A DNA stretch of 38,443 nucleotides from Brachyspira murdochii (GCA_020722965.1 DYJT01000009.1:28755-67197); one strand, 5' to 3'; shown: positions 17,472 to 27,863, counted from the stretch's first letter. Made by a program: numbers and translations. Notes: generated by a model not told the origin, from the sequence alone.

Positions 17472-18368
17472 ATGCTTAAAGTACAGACAAGATTTGAATC
17501 AAAATATCTTATTATGACCTTATTTGCACCAATTTTATGGAGTCTTGGAGGTCTGGGGGTAAGAAGTGTTTCTGTAAGCAGTTTTACGATAATTTTTGCT
17601 CGTTCTATCTCTATGAGCCTCTCTGTCTCTATACTTTGCTTGATACTTTATAAAAAAGAATTTTTTAATCTATTTAAAAAACTCAGACTGCCTGGCTTAT
17701 TAATCTCATTTTTTCTTGGTGCAACTACTTTTTTTTACATATTGTCGCTATCTAAAACAACTGTTGCAAATGCATTACTGGTTCAGGGTACCGCTCCAAT
17801 ATGGGCTGCGATATTTGCTACAGTCTTACTTAAAGAAAGATTTAAATTACCTATCTGGATAACAATTTTTACCGCTTTTTTAGGAATGGTTATCCTTGTT
17901 ATAAATAAAGACTTCGCTTTTCATCTATTAGGTGATTTTTACGCATTAATTACCGCATTCGGACTCGCTTTCCAGATTTTACTGGTGAGGAAAAACCCTG
18001 ATATCAATCTAATCCCTGCAACAATAATAGGTGGAATTTTTGCAGCATTTTTCTCTTTGTTTTTTAAACCTTCACTTTCAATTTCATTGAAAGATGGAAT
18101 AATATTACTGCTTCTTGGTACCTTTCAGATTGGACTCGGATATATATTGTTCTATAGTGGAAGCAGATATCTACCAACGACTCTTACTGGTTTAATAACC
18201 TTGCTCGAAACAATACTTGGTCCTATATGGGTATTTTTGGCTTTTGGAGAAAAAATAAGCCACAACTCTTTGGTCGGTGGAATTATTATCTTATTAAGTT
18301 TGATTATAAATACAATTTTAACTGCTAAATATGAAAAGATGAAAAAAATTTCTTATGTTACAGGATAA
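17472..18368 (+). CDS. EamA/DMT family transporter
   Basis: About 10 hydrophobic segments, two EamA halves (TTVANA..TAPIW..LKER; LETILGPIWV..GE). Confidence 0.92.
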   Translation: MLKVQTRFESKYLIMTLFAPILWSLGGLGVRSVSVSSFTIIFARSISMSLSVSILCLILYKKEFFNLFKKLRLPGLLISFFLGATTFFYILSLSKTTVANALLVQGTAPIWAAIFATVLLKERFKLPIWITIFTAFLGMVILVINKDFAFHLLGDFYALITAFGLAFQILLVRKNPDINLIPATIIGGIFAAFFSLFFKPSLSISLKDGIILLLLGTFQIGLGYILFYSGSRYLPTTLTGLITLLETILGPIWVFLAFGEKISHNSLVGGIIILLSLIINTILTAKYEKMKKISYVTG

Positions 18369-19819
18369 AATCTGTATTTAAAAAATTAGAAAGCCTTTTA
18401 TCAAGGATCTTTTCGACTATTTGTTTATTTTCATCAGAACCCTTAAAAGCCACAAGAGATCTTATACTGAAAACTCTTAAAGCATCTGAAATCGAAAGAG
18501 TTCCTTCCGCGGAATCTTTTCTTCCTGTAAATGGGAATATATCTGGGCCTCTTTGACACTGACTATTTATATTGACTCTACTAACTTGATTCATAAGCGG
18601 ATCGATTATCTTTGCGATTTTTTCTGGATCATTACTGAATATACTTGCTTGCTGCCCATAATTAGAATTAATAATATAAGATAAGGGCTTTCCAATAGAT
18701 TCAAATGTTACAATCGGAACAATTGGTCCAAATTGTTCAATATGATAAATATCCATATTTTCGTTTACATTATAAAGTATTACTGGTTTAACAAGCTGTG
18801 TATAAGTCTTATCTTCATCCGAAGGTAATAGATTTTCTAGATCATTTAAACTAATTTCCCTACCATCTATAAATGCTTTAGCACCTTTAGTTATTGCATC
18901 AGATGTAAGATGATAGATTTGAGAGGGTTTATTCTTCTCTGCAACAGGAGTTATAAAACTATTATCCCACGGTAAGCCAATCTTAATTTCTTTGACTTTT
19001 GCCAAAAACTGATTAAGAAAATCATCTGAAATTGATCTTTCAACAAAGATAATTTTTAATGCAGTACATCTTTGTCCATTGAAGGATAGAGATCCAGAAA
19101 CTATTTCTGAGATAGTAAGGTTCAACTTTGCATCTTTTAATACAATTGCTGGATTTTTGGCATCAAGGCCTAAAATAGATCTCAATCTATGAGGATAAGG
19201 ATGCTGTTTTCTTATTATATCTGAAACCTTTGATGTTCCAATAAAGGCAAGGACATCGACCTTACCACTTGAAATAACCGGGGTTATTATCTGTTTGCCA
19301 TCCCCATAAAGGACCCATGCAAAGGACTACACCAAGTGGAGATCTTCTTATCTGCGCATAAACATTATCTGCTATTATCAATCGGGAAGAGATCCTATCA
19401 AGTTCCTTTAATGCGAAAATAGTATCTTCAATATATTCAACAGTCCTTATAAATTCCTTTTCTGCATCATTCTTTGATTTTGCAATTTCCAACATCAGCA
19501 GTGTGACTATTTCATTTTGCACTTTTTTCATTGAAACAAGAAACTTTTCAATAACATTGATCCTGTCTTCAACCTTCATCGTTGGCCATATTCCATTACC
19601 ATTATCAAAGGCTTTAACTGCCGCTTCAAGAGCTTCAAGAGCATTTTCTTCATTCATTTTAGGATGATAGCCAAGATAAATCGGTTTACCATCCTGATAA
19701 ATTGGAGAAAAAATATCGACTTTATCGGATGTAAATTCACTAATCTTGCCATCTATCAAACTAGTACTTTGCTTTATTGGAAGATCTATGCCTAGATTAT
19801 AAAATTGTTCATTACTCAT
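18358..19819 (-). pseudogene. gapN: NADP-dependent non-phosphorylating glyceraldehyde-3-phosphate dehydrogenase, disrupted by internal deletion and frameshift
   Basis: 5' part ends VVLCMGP; a different frame resumes [66 protein letters not shown]; the FNYP..KP segment is missing at ~19307-19312. Confidence 0.85.
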
Positions 19820-19865
19820 TTGTTTTTCCCTTTTTTATATTTATATAGACTAATATCGATAAGGT

Positions 19866-20402
19866 TTAAACTATAATAAACGGCAATAAAGAAATTAAAA
19901 ACAAAAATCATGTATCGAAATAGTGCTGTATTGAATAGAATTTTGCAAAAAATTTAAGATAGATTCTATTGAATCTATCTCTTCTCTTATCTGTCTAAGA
20001 GCATTTTCAACCTCAGGTATCTCTCTAACATTTTGCACCTTTCAACCTCTTTTTTTGAATTCTATCTTGCATATATATCGATATATTGTTGTAATACATC
20101 TTCTATAATCTTATTTATATCTTTTTCGAATTTTTATATTGAATCGACCTTACCATTTATGTTTGCAGTATATATTAGATATCTACTATCACCATCTTGA
20201 AAATAGTTTAAAATTAAATCCTTATTAGATGGTTGATTAATATCATTAGAGGTTTGCATACTTTTACTAATTTCGATCGATTGTAACTTTGAATTATCGT
20301 AGTTAGATATATTTGCATCAGACTTTTTTTTACAAGATGTTAGACTTAGAATCAGTAAAAAAATAACTGTAAATATTAATTTTGCTATAATACTTTTTTC
20401 AT
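19866..20402 (-). pseudogene. Decayed DUF4349-domain lipoprotein gene (not in ORF track)
   Basis: RBS AGAGGA, ATG 20402; stitched frames give MKK/SIIAKLIFTVIFLLILSLTSC..RYLIYTANINGKVDSI*KFEKDINKIIE-DVLQQYIDIYAR*NSKKEVE/VQNVREIPEVENALRQIREEIDSIESILNFLQNSIQYSTISI../LISLLPFIIV*. Confidence 0.75.
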
Positions 20403-20420
20403 GAATCCTCTTTTAAAAAT

Positions 20421-21584
20421 CTATCTTAGTGTCTGCTGACAATATTGATCAAATAAACTTAATGCTTCTTTCATGTTTTTTCTCCCAAAACCAATTCTAA
20501 AGTGTCTTTTATCATATTCAAACATCGAAGAAGGCATTAAAAGGACTCCTTTAAATTCAATCAATTCCCGCGATAATCTATCTGTATCTTTGTAAAACGA
20601 TGGGAAAGCGACAGAACCACCCTTTGGATAAATGAAATTAAAATGTTCCTTATACTTATCAAAGAACTTCACAAGATAGATTAAATTTTCAAATATTATC
20701 TTCTTCGTCATCTTTAATATTACATCAGAATTATCAAGGGCAATTGAGGCTAAAAATTCAGATGGCGCACTACTGCAAATCGTCGTATAATCCTTCATGA
20801 AAGATACTTTTTTCAAGATATCTTTATTTTTAGTCGCAATCCATCCTATTCTAAGCCCGGCAAGCCCAAATGATTTTGACATTACTCCAAGACTTATCGC
20901 ATTTTCATAAAGCTCACATGCAGAAGCATGGGTTTTTCTTTCTATAATATTAACTTCATTATCTTTGCCTATATTGATATCATATTCTAAAAATCTATAT
21001 ACCTCATCAGAAAAAAGATAAATCCCATTCTTATCACAAATAGATATGATTTCCTCGTACTCCTCGTTAGATGGGCAAAATCCTGTAGGATTATGAGGGA
21101 AATTGATTATTAGAAGCCTTGTATTCTTTTTTATCATTTTTTTAAGCTTATCTATATTTAAAAACCAGCCTTCTTTTTCTTCAAGTTTCCATAAATCAAT
21201 CTCTGCTCCTATGCTTTTAACGACTTCATACAGACTCTGATATGCGGGGAAAATAGATATAACATGATCACTTTTATCTACTATCGAATTTATTAAAAGA
21301 AAAATCCCTTCTGCCGCACCAGAAAAAGTTAAAACATCTTCTTCGCCAATTTTATTGGAATTGTAAATTTTACTGATTTTTTGCCTTAAAACAGGATCTC
21401 CTTTTGATTGTGTATAACCAAGCTTAAGTTTTAAAAAACTATTCAGTAACTCTTCTTTTTTGCCAGATAAACTTAAAAGATTTTCTATAGAAATTGTCTC
21501 ACAATCAGAACTGCACAAAAGATAAGGCGCAGTAAATTCATATTTTGCGAAATATCTTTCGAGTAAAAATGGTTTAATTTTCAT
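20421..21584 (-). CDS. Class I/II PLP-dependent aminotransferase
   Basis: NFPHNPTG, SDEVY, MSKSFGLAGLRIGW, FRIGFG. Confidence 0.93.
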   Translation of the reverse strand: MKIKPFLLERYFAKYEFTAPYLLCSSDCETISIENLLSLSGKKEELLNSFLKLKLGYTQSKGDPVLRQKISKIYNSNKIGEEDVLTFSGAAEGIFLLINSIVDKSDHVISIFPAYQSLYEVVKSIGAEIDLWKLEEKEGWFLNIDKLKKMIKKNTRLLIINFPHNPTGFCPSNEEYEEIISICDKNGIYLFSDEVYRFLEYDINIGKDNEVNIIERKTHASACELYENAISLGVMSKSFGLAGLRIGWIATKNKDILKKVSFMKDYTTICSSAPSEFLASIALDNSDVILKMTKKIIFENLIYLVKFFDKYKEHFNFIYPKGGSVAFPSFYKDTDRLSRELIEFKGVLLMPSSMFEYDKRHFRIGFGRKNMKEALSLFDQYCQQTLR

Positions 21585-21625
21585 CTTTTTTATTTCTCAA
21601 AACTTTAAATCTTTCATTTATTAAT

Positions 21626-22549
21626 TTAAATATGTCTTAAAATCCAGCCTAAAATTTCTCTTGTGACCTCTTCTCTATTTATTTCATTTAATATTTCATG
21701 CCTTGCATCATTATAAAGTTTCATTTCTACATCATTTAATCCAAGTTTAAGGTAAATTTTATATAATCTTGGGACAGTTTTAGCACCTACTGGATCTTTT
21801 GAACCAGAAACAATAAAAATAGGTAATGATTTTGGAATAAGCGCAAGATTACATTTTTTATGCATCTGTAACATCCCTTTAGTAAGGAAATAGTACAATG
21901 AAGTGCTGCATACAAAACCACAAAGAGGATCCTCTATATATTTATCAACCTCTTTTTCATCTCGAGACAACCAATCAAAGTCTGTTCTGTTTGGTTTAAA
22001 TGCATTGTTATAGGTTCCAAAAGAAAGATTATTTAAAAATTTACTCTTTTTCTTAGGTCCATTTATTTTCATTGCCAATCTTGCAATTATCTTCCCGGGT
22101 ACTAATAAGCCTGGATTAGGACCGGCGGTTCCAGATAATATAACACCATTTAGCTCTTTACCATATTCTTCGATATATTTTTGTAATATGAAAGAACCCA
22201 TAGAATGACCAAGAATAAAGTATGGAAGGTTTGGATATTTCTCTTTCATTATTTTAGTGAGTTGATACTCATCCTCAACCATCTTTTGAAAACCATCATC
22301 TTCCCCTAAATAGCCAATTTCTTCTTCGTTTTTTGCAGTTTTACCATGTCCCCTATGGTCGTCAGCAACCACTATAAAATCATTTGAAGTCGCTTCTTTC
22401 GCGAATCTTTCATATCTTTTTGCATGTTCGGCTAAGCCATGAATAACTTGAATTATCCCCTTTTTTGTAACATTATCTTCTGGCTCCCAAAGATAGGTAA
22501 AAAGCGAATAATTTTCATTATCGGTAAACTCAAAATTGCTTGATTTCAT
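21626..22549 (-). CDS. Alpha/beta hydrolase (lysophospholipase / monoglyceride lipase type)
   Basis: HGLAEH..RY, DHRGHG, GHSMGS nucleophile elbow, G.KDPV, RHEILNE. Confidence 0.92.
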   Translation of the reverse strand: MKSSNFEFTDNENYSLFTYLWEPEDNVTKKGIIQVIHGLAEHAKRYERFAKEATSNDFIVVADDHRGHGKTAKNEEEIGYLGEDDGFQKMVEDEYQLTKIMKEKYPNLPYFILGHSMGSFILQKYIEEYGKELNGVILSGTAGPNPGLLVPGKIIARLAMKINGPKKKSKFLNNLSFGTYNNAFKPNRTDFDWLSRDEKEVDKYIEDPLCGFVCSTSLYYFLTKGMLQMHKKCNLALIPKSLPIFIVSGSKDPVGAKTVPRLYKIYLKLGLNDVEMKLYNDARHEILNEINREEVTREILGWILRHI

Positions 22550-22580
22550 CTTTCCTCCGAAAATTTTTTATTTTTTCTCC

Positions 22581-24251
22581 TTAATCCTCAAAAAATCTTT
22601 TTATAAGTTTAATTAAATTTTTTAAACCTGCAAATTTGCTTTTAATTGATTTAAAAAATAGAAATTTCATTGCTCCTGTCAGTCCTTCCCATATCTTTTT
22701 ATCGTAAGGATGCCACCAGAGCTGTTTTTTAGCGAAGGTCAGAGTATCTTTTATTATTACTTTTTTCGATACCATTTCATAAAAACCATCCTCACCATGA
22801 GTTCTTCCAAGTCCAGAATATTTGACTCCACCCCATGGAGTATGAGCAAGTCCATGAGACATAAGATGGTCATTAAGCATAATAACGCCAGCTTCAATCT
22901 TGTTGGCTATTTTCATTCCAACTTTTAAATTCTGTGTCCAGACAGATGCGGTCAAACCCATCTGTGAATTATTTGCAATTTCAATAGCTTCTTCTAGATC
23001 ATCAAAAGGAATTATACCTATAACAGGTCCGAATACCTCCTCGTTGAAAATAGGCATATCCTCTTTAATAGAGGTTAAAACCATCGCAGGTAAAAAACTT
23101 GTATTTGCATTTAATAGCTTATTTAGTATTTTTTTTGCTTCGGAAGATGAAGATCTTATGTTTATAAGATAATCTTTTCTTTGTTCTTCATTAAATAAAT
23201 CCTTTACGAGATCCTGCGGGAATGGTGAACAAGCATAAAGAATTGCACCCTTTTCCATGGAAGCTAAAACTTGTTTAATAACTGTTTCTTTCTGGCTCTT
23301 ACTTGTCATATAGCCAAGATCAGATTGATCAATATCTTCATTATAAGGCAGTTCAGGAGGTCTTAAATTATTCACCTTTTCCTTAATAATCTCACAAAAA
23401 TTATCATAAATATCTTTGTGTACTATGATTCTTTGGGCTCCACCGCATGATTGTCCGCTATTTACAAAACCTGCCCAAATAATACCCCAACTTGCCTTAT
23501 TTAAATCACAATCTTTAAGTATTATAGCAGGATCATTTCCACCTAATTCAAGAACTGTTGGAATAAGTTTTTTGGCGGCTTCCTGCTGAATCTTACTGCC
23601 TACCTCAACACTTCCTGTAAAAAATATCTTATCTACTTTACCTTCTATAAAACCATCGAGAGTATCTGGACCACTCGAATTGATGTATGCAAATAACCCA
23701 TCTGGAAGTTTTGCAGCCTCGAAAGTCTTAGCCAGAAGATGACCTACACTTTGAGTTTCTGTAGCCGTTTTTAATATTACACCATTACCAGCGAGAATCG
23801 CCATGATAACCTCTGAAAAAGGGATGGAAAATGGATAATTCCATGGCGATATTATCCCTATAACTCCATAAGGCTTATAGGTAATAAATGCCTTTTTGTT
23901 AAAAGTTAATATACTATTACCTTTTAACTTTTTGGGTCTAAGCCATTTTCTAGCAAATCTCGTGTAGTATGAAGTAGCCATAACAGCAGGTAAAACCTCT
24001 GTAACAAAGCTGTCGATTAGAAGTTTACCATTATCATCAGAAATTGTCCTGACAATATCATCATAATTTTTTAAAAGGTAGTTTTCAATATTTTTAACTG
24101 CCTTTATTCTTTCTTCTATCGGGGAATTAGCCCATAGTTTTGCCGCTGCTTTACATTTTTTTATGCTATTTATAATATCTTCTTTGCTATTTCTTGAATA
24201 TCTTCCTATCTCCTTTTGAGTTGCAGGATTTATCGATATAGTTTGATCCAT
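22581..24251 (-). CDS. Aldehyde dehydrogenase
   Basis: SPWNYP, FTGS, LELGGNDP, NSGQSC, EEVFGP, PWGGVKYSG. Confidence 0.95.
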   Translation of the reverse strand: MDQTISINPATQKEIGRYSRNSKEDIINSIKKCKAAAKLWANSPIEERIKAVKNIENYLLKNYDDIVRTISDDNGKLLIDSFVTEVLPAVMATSYYTRFARKWLRPKKLKGNSILTFNKKAFITYKPYGVIGIISPWNYPFSIPFSEVIMAILAGNGVILKTATETQSVGHLLAKTFEAAKLPDGLFAYINSSGPDTLDGFIEGKVDKIFFTGSVEVGSKIQQEAAKKLIPTVLELGGNDPAIILKDCDLNKASWGIIWAGFVNSGQSCGGAQRIIVHKDIYDNFCEIIKEKVNNLRPPELPYNEDIDQSDLGYMTSKSQKETVIKQVLASMEKGAILYACSPFPQDLVKDLFNEEQRKDYLINIRSSSSEAKKILNKLLNANTSFLPAMVLTSIKEDMPIFNEEVFGPVIGIIPFDDLEEAIEIANNSQMGLTASVWTQNLKVGMKIANKIEAGVIMLNDHLMSHGLAHTPWGGVKYSGLGRTHGEDGFYEMVSKKVIIKDTLTFAKKQLWWHPYDKKIWEGLTGAMKFLFFKSIKSKFAGLKNLIKLIKRFFED

Positions 24252-24265
24252 TTTAATCTCCTAAC

Positions 24266-25078
24266 CTATTTATTTCTGCCAGTAAAGTTATCCATAGAAG
24301 AATGTATCCCTAAAAATTCGGCGGTAAAATCAAAAAACTTGGTTGGTAATAACCTTAATAGCCATGTAAAATATACTAAAAATGGAAAAATTATCCTTGT
24401 TTTTTTCTTTTTAATGCCATTATAAATTATTTTAACTGCATCTTGTGGCTCAAGTATAGGCAGTAAAAATGGAAACCTTGTTTTTACACCCTTAAACATC
24501 CCTGTATTAATATAATAAGGGCAGACAACAGTTGTTCTGATATTACTCTTACTTTTATAAAGTTCCATTCTAAGAGATTCATCTATTCCAAAAGCAGCAA
24601 ATTTACTAGCACAGTAATCAGAAAGTTTTGGTACACCTATAATCCCTGCCGCAGATGATATGGTTACAATATGTCCATGATCTTTTTCTTTCATTAAGGG
24701 AAGTATTTTTTTGATTGTCCAGAAATGTGAGATTGCATTCACTGTCATAGTTTTTTCAATTTCATCAAAAGAAGATTCCTCTAATGTCTTACCTGTAACT
24801 ATTCCTGCATTGTTAATTAAAATATCTATAAATTTGAATTTGTTTAATATAATATCCATAGTTGAAATAACACTTTCTCTATTTGAGAAATCAGCGACAT
24901 ATCCATCTACTCTTTCTTCACCATATTTATTTTGATAATTTAATATGACCTTATCAAGATTTGTCTTATCAATATCTACAAGGATACAGATGGCATTATC
25001 GTTTAAAAATTTTTCGGCAAGAAGTCTTCCAATAACACCTGCACCACCTGTAATTAAGACCTTAATATTGTTTTCCAT
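24266..25078 (-). CDS. Short-chain dehydrogenase/reductase (retinol-DH / 17-beta-HSD XI-like)
   Basis: TGGAGVIG, NNAG, YCASK, VCPYYINTGMF. Confidence 0.93.
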   Translation of the reverse strand: MENNIKVLITGGAGVIGRLLAEKFLNDNAICILVDIDKTNLDKVILNYQNKYGEERVDGYVADFSNRESVISTMDIILNKFKFIDILINNAGIVTGKTLEESSFDEIEKTMTVNAISHFWTIKKILPLMKEKDHGHIVTISSAAGIIGVPKLSDYCASKFAAFGIDESLRMELYKSKSNIRTTVVCPYYINTGMFKGVKTRFPFLLPILEPQDAVKIIYNGIKKKKTRIIFPFLVYFTWLLRLLPTKFFDFTAEFLGIHSSMDNFTGRNK

Positions 25079-25571
25079 AACAATTCCTTTAACTAATTTT
25101 AATTAATTTTTCAAATTCCAATAAAAGTCTAACATATTTTTGATTTGATTCAAAATAATTTAATTCAAAAAAATTCTAAAGCTTAATCTTGCTATAAATA
25201 GATTAAAAAAAATACCATATTTCAAAATTATGAATAAAGAAAATTTAATAATTGATTCATCTATAGGTATACATGCTTTTGTAGCCTTTATGGGAAAAAA
25301 TTGAACACTGGGATCAGATAATCCGAGATTATAAAATTAAAAGATGCCTATAAACCCACATACAGTTTAACCATAAATGGAAATTGGTTAGTTAATAGTT
25401 TAATTAGAGCATAAATCAAATATCAGTAATAATAACGATTAGCAAAAGAATAAAACAATTTTTTGCACCAAAAATAGGGAAATTTACAATTATATCAAAA
25501 TAATTTAGTTAGACTTATCATGATATTGAAAAATAACCTGTTTATGATTATATTTTTATTGGAGCTAAAAG

Positions 25572-26405
25572 ATGGAAAGAAATGAAATTACCTTAAAAGA
25601 AAAAATAGCGGAAAATACTTATTCTTACTGGTTTTATAACCCGGAGATTTCAAATCATTTTTCTGCCGGACAATTCTTGATTTTAAGGGTCGCCACAAAT
25701 GGCGAAAGGATACCTCTTACAATTGCCGATGTTGACAAAGAAAAAAATCTTGTAAGAATTATCTTTCAAGTGGTAGGTTATACTACAAAACTACTATCTG
25801 AACTTAACGAAAAAGATAGAATTTTAGATGTTCTTGGGCCTCTTGGTCATGGTTTCGAAATCCCGGATGGGACCAAATCTGCTTTATTGGTTGGGGGTGG
25901 TTTAGGTATAGCTCCACTTTTCCCAAAGATAAAAGAAATCACAATTAATCATAAATTAAAAGCAGATGTTGTCCTTGGTGCCAGATCTAAAAACTTATTT
26001 ATCCTTGTTGATGAGATAACCAAAATAGCAAACAATGTCTATCTATTTACAGATGATGGTTCTTCGGGTCATAAGGGATTGGTAACAGATGGTATAAATC
26101 ATGCTATTTCTCTCAATAATAAATATGATTTTTGTATCGCAATTGGACCTATTCTTATGATGAAATCTGTCACAGAACTCAATAAAACTTTAAATATACC
26201 AACCTATGTCTCATTAAATCCAATAATGATTGATGGCACAGGAATGTGTGGTGGTTGCAGATTTTTATATGGAAATGAAACAAAATTTGCATGTGTTGAT
26301 GGCCCTGTATTTAATGCATTCAAGGTTAATTTCGATGATCTAATTCAGAGAAATAGACAATATCGAGAAGAAGAGTGCCAACTTTTCAAAGGAGAGAATA
26401 GATGA
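25572..26405 (+). CDS. nfnA: Electron-bifurcating transhydrogenase small subunit NfnA (SudB-like)
   Basis: GQFLILR..GERIPLTI, GPLG, GGGLG.AP, DGTGMCGGC..CVDGP. Confidence 0.9.
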   Translation: MERNEITLKEKIAENTYSYWFYNPEISNHFSAGQFLILRVATNGERIPLTIADVDKEKNLVRIIFQVVGYTTKLLSELNEKDRILDVLGPLGHGFEIPDGTKSALLVGGGLGIAPLFPKIKEITINHKLKADVVLGARSKNLFILVDEITKIANNVYLFTDDGSSGHKGLVTDGINHAISLNNKYDFCIAIGPILMMKSVTELNKTLNIPTYVSLNPIMIDGTGMCGGCRFLYGNETKFACVDGPVFNAFKVNFDDLIQRNRQYREEECQLFKGENR

Positions 26406-27742
26406 GAATAGAACCTAAAAATCAAGATCCACTGGTAAGAATAAATAATTTTGATGAGGTAAATCTTGGTTATACTGAAGAAGAGGCAATACTAGAAGCC
26501 GAAAGATGTCGTTTATGTGGGGCATGCATAAAAGGATGCCCTGTAAGTATAGATATCCCTGCCTTTGTAGATTCAATAGCTAAAAAGGAATTTCGTCAGG
26601 CAATTGATATTATTAGACAGTCTTCCGTTCTTCCTGCTGTCTGCGGAAGGGTATGCCCACAAGAAATACAGTGTGAAAAGGCATGTATATTATCACGAAA
26701 AGGAGAACCGATAAATATTGGCGCACTTGAAAGATTTGTAGCAGATAAATTTTCAGATAAAGAGAGCATTGAAATCCCAAAGATAGGTAAATCGGCAGGG
26801 ATAATCGGTTCTGGTCCTGCAGGACTTACCGCTGCATATGAACTTAGAAAAGCTGGCTTTGATGTGACAATTTATGAATCCTTGCATGCCCCAGGAGGTG
26901 TTTTAAGATACGGAATACCAAATTTCAGGTTACCTGATTCTATTATAGATAAAGAGGTAGATTATCTTCTAAGTCTGGGGGTTAAAATACAGCTAAATTT
27001 TCTTGTCGGTAGAACTGTATATATAAATGAGCTTCTAGAAATTCATGATGGTCTACTCATAGCGACTGGAGCCGGACTTCCCTCGAGATTAAATATCCCT
27101 GGTGAAAATGGTGTTGGTGTCTATCTTGCAAACGAGTTTTTAACAAGAATAAATTTGATGCATGCATATGAGTTTCCTATCTATCACACACCCATCAAAA
27201 AATTTACCAATGTTGTAGTAGTTGGTGGTGGTAATGTCGCCATGGATTCTGCAAGGGTTGCAAGAAGATTAGGTGCCGATGTCACCATCGTATACAGAAG
27301 AGAAGAAGAAGATATGCCTGCAAGAAAAGAAGAGAGAATTCATGCGAAGGAAGAAGGGATAAAATTTTATACTCTTTCTAATCCTGTCGAAATTATACTT
27401 GATGAATTCAAAAATGTTAAAGGTATTAAACTTGAAAAGATGAAGGTTGCTGGAAAAGGTTTAGATGGTAGGAACAAAATAGAAGGAACCCTTGAATATT
27501 TTACCTTAGAAGCAAATGCGGTCATATCTGCAATTGGACAGACACCAAATAAAGTAATTCAGGAAAATGTTAAAGGGCTCAATTTCGATAGTCATGGAAG
27601 GCTGATTGTCGATGAAAACTTTAAAACCTCTTTAAACAGGGTTTGGGCTGCTGGGGATATTGTTACGGGTGCTGCCACAGTTATCCTGGCTATGGGGGAA
27701 GCAAAAAAAGCGGCTTACAACATGATTAAAAGTTTACAATAA
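26402..27742 (+). CDS. nfnB: Electron-bifurcating transhydrogenase large subunit NfnB (SudA/GltD-like)
   Basis: Fe-S motifs CRLCGACIKGCP and CGRVCPQEIQCE..C, GSGPAG, GGGNVAMD, AAGDIVTGAATVILAMG; ATGA overlap with nfnA. Confidence 0.9.
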   Translation: MRIEPKNQDPLVRINNFDEVNLGYTEEEAILEAERCRLCGACIKGCPVSIDIPAFVDSIAKKEFRQAIDIIRQSSVLPAVCGRVCPQEIQCEKACILSRKGEPINIGALERFVADKFSDKESIEIPKIGKSAGIIGSGPAGLTAAYELRKAGFDVTIYESLHAPGGVLRYGIPNFRLPDSIIDKEVDYLLSLGVKIQLNFLVGRTVYINELLEIHDGLLIATGAGLPSRLNIPGENGVGVYLANEFLTRINLMHAYEFPIYHTPIKKFTNVVVVGGGNVAMDSARVARRLGADVTIVYRREEEDMPARKEERIHAKEEGIKFYTLSNPVEIILDEFKNVKGIKLEKMKVAGKGLDGRNKIEGTLEYFTLEANAVISAIGQTPNKVIQENVKGLNFDSHGRLIVDENFKTSLNRVWAAGDIVTGAATVILAMGEAKKAAYNMIKSLQ

Positions 27743-27863
27743 GTTTACCAATAAGTTAAATTTATTAATAAGTTTATTATTTGAATTCATTATTTGAATT
27801 CTTTTTAAATAATTCTATAATTTTTTAAAAGAATAATAAAATACTTTTACAAAAGGGAATTAT

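Noticed and set aside
19290-19330. Programmed frameshift in gapN
   Set aside because: Conserved ALDH sequence is physically missing at the junction, so frameshifting could not restore the protein
19957-19980. Perfect 10-bp inverted repeat AGATAGATTC-tatt-GAATCTATCT as terminator or operator
   Set aside because: Lies within the DUF4349 remnant coding for EIDSIESIL and has an AT-rich stem; may be coincidental
25302-25304. Stop-codon recoding (TGA) suggested by interrupted frames
   Set aside because: TGA serves as a normal stop for nfnA, mnmA and ykgJ, and conserved genes are uninterrupted
25080-25571. Rex operator upstream of nfnAB
   Set aside because: No convincing TTGTGAA-N4-TTCACAA-like palindrome found by eye
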